Source: an uncultured Methanosarcinales archaeon
GTDB taxonomy: Archaea; Nanobdellota; Nanobdellia; Woesearchaeales; JAGVZT01
Assembly: GCA_964444505.1 (NCBI GenBank)
Contig: CAYUHF010000004.1
Span: 28,583-92,582 of the forward strand
Length of the DNA: 64,000 nt
Direction: 5' to 3'
Shown one piece after another: positions 1-9,066 of this stretch. A program made the position numbers and the translations under genes. The notes beneath the pieces are model-generated. The model saw only the letters and a program-made list of their open reading frames with translations, did not search any database and was not told the origin of the DNA. Within the stretch, counting starts at the first letter, position 1. Each line of letters begins with the position of its first letter.

Positions 1-800
1 CCATTTCTTAAGACTATGGGTGAGACAAGCGAGGCATTGTAGAAGTGAAGGTTTGCAGGGCTATCCATACAGGGAAGTCCGTTTGTATCAAGAGACACCT
101 CTCTTTTTGAGATTGTAATGTATTTTGTTAGATTAAATCCATCAACATTAAGGGTTGTTCCACTATAATTAATCAAAGCCAAATCTGGCTTTCCAATAGT
201 AAGGTTTGGTACATATGCCCATTCACCAGTCTGTCCGGGATCTTCCAGCTGTGAGAGATTTGTTGTCAACTCGTTTTGGAATCCAGTCCAATCTGGATGT
301 GTATCTTCATTGTTTACAGTAAAAAAACCGTCTGTAAAGGATTGTCGTGTCCTGCCACCTCGTGAGGTGGCAACCACACGTATTTTATAGTATGAACTAT
401 CTGTTATCTGAGATGTGTTCCATTGCACCTGATACAGTGTATCTCCATCATTATTTTCTGTACCTAGGTAGCTCCAGCTAGCTAAAGTTGGATCATTTGT
501 GTAGTAGAAATCAACATGATCAACTGTAGAGTTGTCAGAAGGATGAGTTACTGTGACATTTATCAGTGTGGTAGAATTAAATACCCTGCACCTGCATGGA
601 TACTGGTTATTTATGGCTATTGTTCCTACACTTGGCGGTTCCATACCAATGGTTATTGTGAACTCTCCCTGAGAAACAGAATGGGCAGACATCATATCAG
701 GGTTTGAAGTGTAGTAAATAAGGTAATTGCTCATAAGAGAGAATACTACAAAGACTGCTGTAAGTATTGCGAGGGTATTATTAGAGATGCTTTTACTCAT
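1..800 (-). CDS. Partial surface protein (signal anchor plus Ig-like beta domain, many N-x-S/T sequons). The gene runs off the window start and has an in-frame TGA at 693-695, 35 codons after the ATG.
   Basis: Hand translation of the minus strand. The ATG at 800-798 gives MSKSISNNTLAILTAVFVVFSLMSNYLFTTLQTLI, a signal-peptide-like segment. A TGA follows, and the same frame then stays open to position 1 (…TITIGMEPPSVGTIAINNQYPCRCRVFNSTTLINVTV…). This ORF is not in the supplied track because it runs off the window edge. Confidence 0.45.
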   Translation of the reverse strand, partial: MSKSISNNTLAILTAVFVVFSLMSNYLIYYTSNPDMMSAHSVSQGEFTITIGMEPPSVGTIAINNQYPCRCRVFNSTTLINVTVTHPSDNSTVDHVDFYYTNDPTLASWSYLGTENNDGDTLYQVQWNTSQITDSSYYKIRVVATSRGGRTRQSFTDGFFTVNNEDTHPDWTGFQNELTTNLSQLEDPGQTGEWAYVPNLTIGKPDLALINYSGTTLNVDGFNLTKYITISKREVSLDTNGLPCMDSPANLHFYNASLVSPIVLRN

Positions 801-979
801 CAAATCTCCCTCTTTTTATCCAATTTTCCCTCACGGCTGTCTGCAAACAATCACCTTTTCATTTTCATCATTATTGTATTTATATAAATCTTTCTGTCCT
901 TGTGTGGTTTGTTGTGAATTTTCTCTTATTTTTTTAGATCATTTCGAGCTCAATTTTCTTTGACTTACAATCTGTAAAA

Positions 980-3900
980 CTAAGGTATTTCTATTACAAA
1001 AGTTGTTGATTTAGACCCTGCTGGTTCATCTTCTGGCACCCTTATAAGTATATCAACAACAACCTCGTCATTACTGTCAGAATAGTTCAGATCCTTGACT
1101 AACGTTTTATTCTCGGTAGAGAGATTCATCCATGTAGTTTGTGAGCCTGCATAGTCAAATGAGTTTGCTTCAGTCCTTTCATCAGCCTTGAACTGCAGGA
1201 ATGATGTATCTAATGGTGCAAGAGCGCTATCCCAGAAAGCACCAGTCACACCAAAGGTGACATTTACAAAAACATTGCCCATATTCTGTAGAACAAACGG
1301 ATAAGGGTCATCTGATGTTGTGTTTTTTGTTTCAGAAAGATTCATTGAACCAAAGCTGATGGACTCGTTGATGAACTTGACTTCTATGTAGCTCTCTGTT
1401 GTGAAGTTCCAGTCAGAGCTGTTGACATAATCTGTACCATCATATGCCTGGACACGCCAGAAGTATTGTGTGTCTAATTCAAGGTCAGATGTTGGTGTGT
1501 AGTTCTGGTCTTGTGTCTCTACTCCATCAATTGCCGGCGAACTGAAGTCAGAGTTATCATCTATCCAGATATTGTAAGTTAATGAGTCGCTATCGCCATC
1601 ACTACCAGACCATGTGAATTCAGGTCTTCTTGTCCTTATTGAAGTGTTGCCGTTTGTCGGAGTAAGCAGGTTAACTGTCGGCTGAGAGTTTTGGAGGGTT
1701 ATCTCTGCTGAACTCCAGTCAGAATAAAGCTCGCCATCAAATGTCCTCACAGTGCAGTTCCATGTTTCATCTTTAGTTGTGTTGCCGGAGCCAAGAGTTG
1801 ATATAACAGCATTGACATTGTCTGTGAGACCAGTTGTATTCCCGCCAAGCATCTCTTCTGTTCCATTGTACCAGAACCATTCGACAGTAAGAGTTGAATT
1901 CTCACCATCAGTTGGTGTTGCATTGCAACTGATATCATCATCAGTATAAGCAGTCGTAGGTGAGAAAGTAGGAGTTGTTATTTCGGGGTTTGTGTTACAG
2001 TTCTCTGAACTCCAGCTGTTATCCTCACCACAACATAAAGATCCAACTTGTGAACCAGTTGTGCTTTCAGTATCAACATTCCCGTCTATACTGACCTGCG
2101 AATTGCAGTCATAGAACTGACCGCTGTCACACAGTATAGAACTGCTTGAACTTCCGTCACTTAATATTGAGCCGTCATAACAGCAGTCATTGGTTGAAGA
2201 GCCTTCATAGTCTTCATCGCTGTTGCAGCAAAGCAGACCAGATGCATCATAACAGACACCATTGGCTGAATATGATCCACTTTCAATACTTGAATCACAT
2301 GCATTTCCCTCACTGCAGCTTGTACATGAACTTTGGTAGGCACTTCCATCATAGCATGCTTCACCACTGTTATCACATACTCCACCTGAAACACATATCC
2401 CATCAGGATCATAATCACCCCCTAGAACAGATGAATCACATGCATCCCAGTCAGATCCAGAAGAATAGCAAGTACTGCAGTCAGACTGGAAAGAAACATC
2501 ATCATAACAAACGTGTCCGGAGGTGTCACACCCTGATGCTGTACAGGTACCATCCTGAGTGAAGTTCCCTCCAGCATTACTGTCGCAACCATCTCCCGAA
2601 GTTGAACTGCATGATTCAAAGGAATCGTCTTCATCAATATGACATGGATTACCTGTACCACAATCCATTCTAATTTCACTGATATAATCACAACCATATG
2701 TTCCACCAGACGAGTAAGCAGAACTATCATAACATGTACCTGCAGATATACTGTCATAGTCGGTGCTATCTGTACTACAGCCTATTCCACTCTCCATATC
2801 ACAGGTAGTAGCACAATTTCCATTGACACATAATCCAGTACAGCACTCAGATCCAGTAAAGCATGAACTTGGCATTTCTTTACATGTTGAATCTGTTCTA
2901 AATTTCCATACCAACGAATTTGTTGTATCATAATCATCTTGAATAAGAACAGACCAGAGGTACGTGGTTCTTTCTGGTAGATTTTTTAGTTCAGTTGTTG
3001 CTTCTGATCCTGAAATAACATCTGTATTGTTTCCTTTGACTGAAAAATTTACAAATTGACCGGTTGCTACAACATAGCTGGGTGTTAAAAGGGGACTTGG
3101 AGTAGTACTCCCTATTCCTGTCTGGGCATCGCTATTCCATCCCCAGCACATTGCTGAACCATTGACCAAAATTCCACAAGTTGTTGGAGTATCGTCTCCA
3201 GGAAAGATTTGAATAAACCTATTTGTTGTGTTCACATATGAGACATTTACAACTTCGAGGGGTGTTGTGGAACCTATTCCTGTGTTTCCTTGTGGGTTTC
3301 CACCCCAGCAAACTGCCGAACCATTAAGAAGAACTCCACAAGTTGTATCGCCATGAGCTCTCAGGTACTTGAATCTATGTGTTGTATTAACATAAGTCGG
3401 AAACTCTATCTCACTTGGGGATAGACTTCCTATGCCTGTTTTTCCACGAAAGTTACTTCCCCAGCACATTGCTGAACCATTAGCCATCAGACCACAACTG
3501 TATTCCTTACCTGCACTTACAGATATGAATTGATTTGTAGTATTCACATAAATTGGACTTTGCACTTCTCCAGGACTGCTGCTTCCTGCACCACACTGAG
3601 AATCATAATTCTGCCCCCAGCACATTGCTGAACCATTTTCTAAAAGTCCCATTGTGTGGCGGTATGAACTAGGAGCTATTTCTACAAATTTACGCTCACC
3701 GGCAACATAAGAAGGCGAATTAACAGGACTGTTATCATTGCCAATACCTGTCTGTGAATAGGTGTTCCATCCCCAGCACATTCCAGAACCATTGATGAGG
3801 ATACCGCAAGTAGTATCTTCTCCTGCACTTATTGTCGTGAAGTTTGATGGTCCATCAACATATTGAGGGTCATGCTCTTCACTGGATGTATAACCTAGAC

Positions 3901-6900
3901 CCAATTGTCCATATCCATTTGCCCCCCAGCATAAAACAGATCCATTCTCAAGCAAACCACAGGTATGACCTTGTCCACATGCAACATCAATAAAACGGCC
4001 GTTGAAATCAACATATCTGGGGCTTGTGACAGGATCTGGTGAGTCAGACCCAATCCCTGTTTGGCCGTAGGCATTATAACCCCAGCACATCAGGGACCTG
4101 TTTTCAAGTATTCCGCAGGTATAATACTGCCCCACACACATTGACTGTATTTTATCCAGGAAAGTAACATTTGTGTTGTCACTTTCAGCATCTGTTACTG
4201 TAACATTCAAGGTGACATTGTAGTCTATTCCTCTGGCACCTGTGGGTGGATAATTAAGTGTATAAGTGGGATTATAGTTTTTTACTTCATATATAAAGTT
4301 CATTGTAGCTGTATCTGTGCCGTCTGTTACATTAGCCTGAACAGCATGTGTTCCTCTGTCAGAAATTGAAGGATTGTCAGTAATCTGTCCTGACTGGTCA
4401 ATATTGACAATCGAGTCATTGACATCCCAAGTCAGGTCATCATTATCTGCATCAGTGACGTTCAATTGAAGACTCATTGACTCATTATGGAAAAGGGCAT
4501 ACTCTGATATTGTTTCGTCCCAAGCAGGGGCACTATTCTGGATTGTTATTTCAGCAGATTTCCAGTCTGAGTAACTATTACCATCAAAACTCCTGACACT
4601 ACAGTTCCACACATCATCTTTTGATGTATCAGAAGAACTAAGTGTTGAGATAACAGCATTAGATCCATTACTCAGTCCTGTATTCTCTCCGCTATCATGC
4701 TCAGCACAGCTTGCTGTGCAGTTATACCATTTGTATTCAACTGAGAGGGTATTGTTTTCAGTATCAGTTGGTGTTGCATTGCATTTGATGTTGTCATCTG
4801 TGTAAGCTGTTGAAGGTGAGAATGTAGGTGTTGTTATGGTGGGTGCCTCATTCACATCAAATTCGCCACTTCCATATGTTTCAAGCTTTACATAATCTGT
4901 GTAAAGGGAGTTGTGTTCTTCTCTATATTTTTTATCTGGGTGTTTGATGTAGTATCCTTCAGCAGCAAATTCTAGTTTTGTGTAGTTTTCTGGTGCTCCA
5001 AACTCAAGATAATGCTCGTCACCTCTGTTCATAACAAGATAAATATTATCTGATTCCTGCACCATGCTGATGTTTGCATTGGTTATGGATGAGAGTTCCA
5101 CTATTTCTGAGCCATCAACTAATAAATAGATTCTGTCAATGTAGATAGTTTCTTCCAGCTCTCCAGTTATTTTTAGTTTAATCTTGTCTTCTTCAATTTG
5201 TGTTTGGGATATATCTGTAAAGTCAAGATATTCTCTACTTGATGATGTTGCTCCTCCAATGAAATCTGAAAGGAATTCATAACCATTATTATTGTAAGTG
5301 TAAATGTACGGTGAGGATCCTGATCTTACACACCTGACGGGCAAATCTACATTTTTTGACCTATAATAATGTTCAACAGACCCAGAACCAAACCTTACTA
5401 ACCAAGCATATGTTGAACTGTATTCCGATGCTGTACGGTAGGTACTAGATGCGGAGTCATCCCATTCAGGTTCACAGGTATTCTGACCTCCATCACCACC
5501 ATCCCATCCACATGCGTCCACTCCAAGCTGATAGGCCTGACAAGAATCTGGTAAGTCGTCATCATCATCGCAGTAAGGAAGATACCAGTCTTCAAACCCA
5601 CCATGTGACGACTGGCAGCACATATTGCAAGCCCAGTAAGAAACATCTGAACAGTCTCCCGGGCAGTCACCAGCATAGGTTCCATATTTGCCCCAGTCAG
5701 AATCACCTATTGTTTCAGACCACATATCACCGGTTGTTCCACAGTAAACAAAATCATTGCTTAAATTTGTGCTTGTGTTATAACAGTCACTATCAGCACA
5801 ATCAATATATCCATCTCCATCATTGTCTTCTCCGTCTGCACAGCCGTCTGCATAGTTTGTATTGTTCTCATCAGGCATATAAACATACTTTTCTGTTGTT
5901 ACCTTGAAAGCCACTTTTCCATTGGTGTTAACATATGCTTCAGGCGTTGAGGCTTCATAATGGTTAAGTGTCTGGTCAGAAAGTGATGTGAAATCAAGTA
6001 TGTCAAATTGAGTCCAGCTGCTGTCATTGTAATCCCATGCATACAGTGTGGTGTTGTATCCTGACTCATTTTCTCCATATCCTTCCCATGTAATATTAAG
6101 CATGCTTGGTTCTTTTGATGATATGTTGAAGACAAATATCTGGGTATCATATTCCCCTTTGGCATCGGCAAATTCAGTCACCCATCTTGAATTATCAGAC
6201 TCATTGATATTGCCGTAATCTGTTGAAGTGGCTTCGTTGTCATAATCAGTAGGACTTGATGCTGTACCATTTTTCTCAAACGCATTCTTGTTTGTGAGGT
6301 CAGAAAAGTCATAATCAATTATTTTGTCACATGTTCCATCTTCATCACATATCTGGGCATACCATTCAAGTGTACCATCTCCTGACTGGGATGTGTATTC
6401 TGCTTGTGTTGGTGAGGTTGAGTCAGTGGAAGAATATGCAATACATCCTGCCTGCTGGTTATAGTTACAGTTTGTGAAGTCAGTGCTGTCATCTATCAAC
6501 AGCCTTACATTCTTCCCACCGGTAGGATGAGACCAATAAGAAGTGAACATAACCTTTTCTCCCACACTTATTGTTGAGGCATTATCAGTTACATTAATCA
6601 TGGTCAGTACTTCAGGATCATATGCATAATCCGTAACACTGTTTTCGTGACTCTTAAACTCAAACAACAAAGTAGCATAACCTGCCTTATGCATATAGTT
6701 AGAAAGATAACCCGTATTGTCACAAGAATAATCCTCAACTAAAAGCTTTTCAATCTCCAATGAAATAGCAGATTCAAGTTCATTGTATTCAAACATGTTT
6801 CCTTGGAAATCAACCAACTTCAACTCATCCTTAAGTGACTCTTCGCCACACTTGATATCCAAAAACTCCATCTCGTCAAAGGTATCTGGATCATCAGTCA

Positions 6901-8230
6901 AAAACTCAGTCCAGCCGGCATTGGGAGAGGTAATGGTGAGATTGGCAATACCAGTTGTGTTAAAGGCAACTGTCCAAGTCTCACCATCCCTCAGATATGT
7001 ATAGGGGTTGAGTATTGTAATTGATATTTCATAAATCTGGTTTGAAAGATGAGGAACTGTCCACTCCAACATATCTATTAGATTGTTATTGTTGGAGTCA
7101 ATATATTGTACATTTTCAACTTTCTCTTTCCCACTGTCTTTTATCCAATAAACAGTTATTGCTTCTCTTGGAGACTCTTCAATCTCTGTTGAGGCCAGTA
7201 TGTTTTTATAATGTATATCAGAACTGATTATCACTTGTTTTTTGTATTTACTGATTTCCTTTTCTGTCTTTTCTGGTCCAGGTGTCTGGTAACTTATTTC
7301 AACCTCTTTTGTTGTGTTTAATTCAAGTTTCATCTCTTTTGGTTTGCCTGCCTTTAATCTGGAAAACTCTTCAACAGAAAGTTTTCTGTCACCAATATCA
7401 ACTTTAACATCATCACCGGTTTGAATATTATATGCACTTCCAGGGAGTGTGACTGTTTTGACATCCTTGACTCTCTTTAACCAAGTGACAGGCTCCCCGA
7501 CTTTTACTTCTGTGTGATTGAATTCTTCATAGGTAATGTTTTCAGTTGCATTGGGACTTGATACATTAGTGGTTATGTTCTGGGTGGCATTCAGCTCAGT
7601 TGTCAGATTCTCAGTCAAATTCAAAGCAATATTCTCTTCCTCAAATTGCCGGTAAGTGTAGGTTATTGAACTTAGATTCAAAGTGGCGTTTTCAACTATA
7701 ATCCTTAGTGTAGTGTTCGATGGATAATTCTCCAGTAGACATGTCTCTTCACATTCATTGCTGAAGCTTACTAACTGTCGAGATATATTCTCTTTTGTGT
7801 TTGAAATAGATTCATTTGCTGATTGATTGATTACTTGTTCTGTTGTATTTGTCTGATTAACATCTGGATTTGTAAGGTTTAACTCAGTCTGATCCGTGAC
7901 ATTCTTCGCGGTTTCATTAGTGCCAACCAAATTATCAGAAATTCGGTTATTCCCACTTGCATCTGAGCTATAAACTAAAAGCTCATCAAGATAGATTTGA
8001 ACCCTCTCTCCAGAATAACTTCCACTAACAGCAAGCGAAGTCAGATTGCCCTCCAGAGAAAGATTCAACTCAGAGGATTGATTGAAAACCTGATTGATCT
8101 CAAGAGTGGTCTGATTAGTTTCACCAACAGCCATACCCGTAATCTGAGGTCTGATGAAAACAAAAACACCTAGAAGCAGAGCTACAATTAGCACAACTTC
8201 TACAACTTCCCTTGTGTGTTTAGTTTTCAT
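980..8230 (-). CDS. Giant (2416 aa) cell-surface protein. It has an N-terminal signal anchor, dense N-glycosylation sequons, about seven RCC1-like repeats (CWG.N..GQ.G.G), a Cys/Asp/Ser-rich block and two internally duplicated ~100-aa modules.
   Basis: Single uninterrupted ORF. The hydrophobic N-terminus reads VVEVVLIVALLLGVFVF. Repeats of the form CGILENGSAMCWGWN..QTGIG recur seven times. EITTPTFSP.TAYTDD…NCSVRSFDG occurs twice. Confidence 0.8.
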   Translation of the reverse strand: MKTKHTREVVEVVLIVALLLGVFVFIRPQITGMAVGETNQTTLEINQVFNQSSELNLSLEGNLTSLAVSGSYSGERVQIYLDELLVYSSDASGNNRISDNLVGTNETAKNVTDQTELNLTNPDVNQTNTTEQVINQSANESISNTKENISRQLVSFSNECEETCLLENYPSNTTLRIIVENATLNLSSITYTYRQFEEENIALNLTENLTTELNATQNITTNVSSPNATENITYEEFNHTEVKVGEPVTWLKRVKDVKTVTLPGSAYNIQTGDDVKVDIGDRKLSVEEFSRLKAGKPKEMKLELNTTKEVEISYQTPGPEKTEKEISKYKKQVIISSDIHYKNILASTEIEESPREAITVYWIKDSGKEKVENVQYIDSNNNNLIDMLEWTVPHLSNQIYEISITILNPYTYLRDGETWTVAFNTTGIANLTITSPNAGWTEFLTDDPDTFDEMEFLDIKCGEESLKDELKLVDFQGNMFEYNELESAISLEIEKLLVEDYSCDNTGYLSNYMHKAGYATLLFEFKSHENSVTDYAYDPEVLTMINVTDNASTISVGEKVMFTSYWSHPTGGKNVRLLIDDSTDFTNCNYNQQAGCIAYSSTDSTSPTQAEYTSQSGDGTLEWYAQICDEDGTCDKIIDYDFSDLTNKNAFEKNGTASSPTDYDNEATSTDYGNINESDNSRWVTEFADAKGEYDTQIFVFNISSKEPSMLNITWEGYGENESGYNTTLYAWDYNDSSWTQFDILDFTSLSDQTLNHYEASTPEAYVNTNGKVAFKVTTEKYVYMPDENNTNYADGCADGEDNDGDGYIDCADSDCYNTSTNLSNDFVYCGTTGDMWSETIGDSDWGKYGTYAGDCPGDCSDVSYWACNMCCQSSHGGFEDWYLPYCDDDDDLPDSCQAYQLGVDACGWDGGDGGQNTCEPEWDDSASSTYRTASEYSSTYAWLVRFGSGSVEHYYRSKNVDLPVRCVRSGSSPYIYTYNNNGYEFLSDFIGGATSSSREYLDFTDISQTQIEEDKIKLKITGELEETIYIDRIYLLVDGSEIVELSSITNANISMVQESDNIYLVMNRGDEHYLEFGAPENYTKLEFAAEGYYIKHPDKKYREEHNSLYTDYVKLETYGSGEFDVNEAPTITTPTFSPSTAYTDDNIKCNATPTDTENNTLSVEYKWYNCTASCAEHDSGENTGLSNGSNAVISTLSSSDTSKDDVWNCSVRSFDGNSYSDWKSAEITIQNSAPAWDETISEYALFHNESMSLQLNVTDADNDDLTWDVNDSIVNIDQSGQITDNPSISDRGTHAVQANVTDGTDTATMNFIYEVKNYNPTYTLNYPPTGARGIDYNVTLNVTVTDAESDNTNVTFLDKIQSMCVGQYYTCGILENRSLMCWGYNAYGQTGIGSDSPDPVTSPRYVDFNGRFIDVACGQGHTCGLLENGSVLCWGANGYGQLGLGYTSSEEHDPQYVDGPSNFTTISAGEDTTCGILINGSGMCWGWNTYSQTGIGNDNSPVNSPSYVAGERKFVEIAPSSYRHTMGLLENGSAMCWGQNYDSQCGAGSSSPGEVQSPIYVNTTNQFISVSAGKEYSCGLMANGSAMCWGSNFRGKTGIGSLSPSEIEFPTYVNTTHRFKYLRAHGDTTCGVLLNGSAVCWGGNPQGNTGIGSTTPLEVVNVSYVNTTNRFIQIFPGDDTPTTCGILVNGSAMCWGWNSDAQTGIGSTTPSPLLTPSYVVATGQFVNFSVKGNNTDVISGSEATTELKNLPERTTYLWSVLIQDDYDTTNSLVWKFRTDSTCKEMPSSCFTGSECCTGLCVNGNCATTCDMESGIGCSTDSTDYDSISAGTCYDSSAYSSGGTYGCDYISEIRMDCGTGNPCHIDEDDSFESCSSTSGDGCDSNAGGNFTQDGTCTASGCDTSGHVCYDDVSFQSDCSTCYSSGSDWDACDSSVLGGDYDPDGICVSGGVCDNSGEACYDGSAYQSSCTSCSEGNACDSSIESGSYSANGVCYDASGLLCCNSDEDYEGSSTNDCCYDGSILSDGSSSSSILCDSGQFYDCNSQVSIDGNVDTESTTGSQVGSLCCGEDNSWSSENCNTNPEITTPTFSPTTAYTDDDISCNATPTDGENSTLTVEWFWYNGTEEMLGGNTTGLTDNVNAVISTLGSGNTTKDETWNCTVRTFDGELYSDWSSAEITLQNSQPTVNLLTPTNGNTSIRTRRPEFTWSGSDGDSDSLTYNIWIDDNSDFSSPAIDGVETQDQNYTPTSDLELDTQYFWRVQAYDGTDYVNSSDWNFTTESYIEVKFINESISFGSMNLSETKNTTSDDPYPFVLQNMGNVFVNVTFGVTGAFWDSALAPLDTSFLQFKADERTEANSFDYAGSQTTWMNLSTENKTLVKDLNYSDSNDEVVVDILIRVPEDEPAGSKSTTFVIEIP

Positions 8231-8711
8231 TCTTTTCCTTTGCCCTGTGATATATTGTCCAGATTGTCCTCTGATCTCTGTCCAAGAGCTTTGCGACCTC
8301 AGAATACCTCATGCCCTGATCTACAAGATACAGACAGATGCTCTCAAAACAAGTTAGTTTGCTTGTGAAAATATTGAGTGGTATTTTGACCTTGGAATCT
8401 TCTTTTAACTGCTCAGGGAGCTTGTTTTGAGCGTTCTTGTAAGAAACTGCAATATTGCTAGGTGACCTGTCGAGCATTTCTGATATTTCTTTATTTGATA
8501 GTCCTTTTTGGTGAAGATACTTTGTGATACTTTCAAGAATTCCAAGCTCTTTTGTGAATACTGAAGCAGGAAGATAGTCTTTTTTCTCGATTAATACATT
8601 TAATTCGCCTTCCAGGTCGTACTTGTCCCTGATATTTTTGTAAAATGATTCAAGAAACGCATCCAGCAACTTCCTGTCATTTTCTTCTAATATCTCTCGT
8701 ATTTCATGCAT
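8220..8711 (-). CDS. DNA-binding protein with two tandem sigma-70 region-4/LuxR-type HTH motifs. Its 3' end overlaps the start of the giant surface-protein gene by 11 nt.
   Basis: Two HTH-like segments: GLSNKEISEMLDRSPSNIAVSYKNAQNKL and MRYSEVAKLLDRDQRTIWTIYHRAKEK. The operon-like overlap with 980..8230 supports co-transcription. Confidence 0.55.
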   Translation of the reverse strand: MHEIREILEENDRKLLDAFLESFYKNIRDKYDLEGELNVLIEKKDYLPASVFTKELGILESITKYLHQKGLSNKEISEMLDRSPSNIAVSYKNAQNKLPEQLKEDSKVKIPLNIFTSKLTCFESICLYLVDQGMRYSEVAKLLDRDQRTIWTIYHRAKEKNEN

Positions 8712-8760
8712 GAGGTATTTTAAATCTTTTATGTATTTACTTAAATATTTTTCTATATTA

Positions 8761-8796
8761 TTAAATTATATATGTATTTTGTTAAATTATATATGT
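8761..8796. promoter_or_regulatory. Two direct copies of the 15-mer ttaaattatatatgt, 21 nt apart. They lie in the divergent promoter region between the HTH-regulator/giant-protein operon and thrS and are candidate operator sites.
   Basis: Exact 15-nt direct repeat at 8761-8775 and 8782-8796, read from the sequence, in an AT-rich intergenic region with TATA-like tracts. Confidence 0.3.
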
Positions 8797-9066
8797 TCAG
8801 CGACAATTTGTGAACAAGAATCTGGCCCAGTTGCGAAGCTTGCGCTATCCAGTGATCCAGAGCAAGCGACCCTCAAGAGAATACCAAATTAGACTAATTA
8901 AGAGGATTAACATAGCCACAAATATCTGCTCTTTTCAGTAATATTTAAATACACAAAATCTTTTCAAGCTGGTATGGCACGCAAAATTATTTATTTCTCA
9001 ACTACTACAGCGTAAGCCATACATTGTTATTTGGGTCACTAAAAGACATATTACAGGTGAGAGCAA

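Noticed and set aside
693-695. Genome-wide TGA recoding (alternative genetic code) as the explanation for the in-frame TGA
   Set aside because: TGA terminates other well-supported genes in this window, for example at 16564-16566, and the long housekeeping ORFs end at standard stops. A global code change is not supported.
516-963. Plus-strand ORFs 516..707 and 727..963 from the supplied track
   Set aside because: They lie antisense to, or just upstream of, the well-supported minus-strand surface-protein gene (1..800). They have an odd Cys/Tyr-rich low-complexity composition and no recognisable features. They are shadow ORFs.
1747-6171. Many short ORFs on both strands inside the 980..8230 giant gene (for example 2146..2562 and 5449..5907)
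   Set aside because: They are embedded in a single 7.25-kb uninterrupted ORF with coherent repeat architecture. Their products are His/Cys-rich low-complexity strings typical of alternative frames.
8712-8900. CRISPR-like array
   Set aside because: Only two copies of a 15-nt AT-rich repeat occur, 21 nt apart, in a promoter region. There is no regular repeat-spacer periodicity and there are no cas genes. These are more likely operator half-sites.
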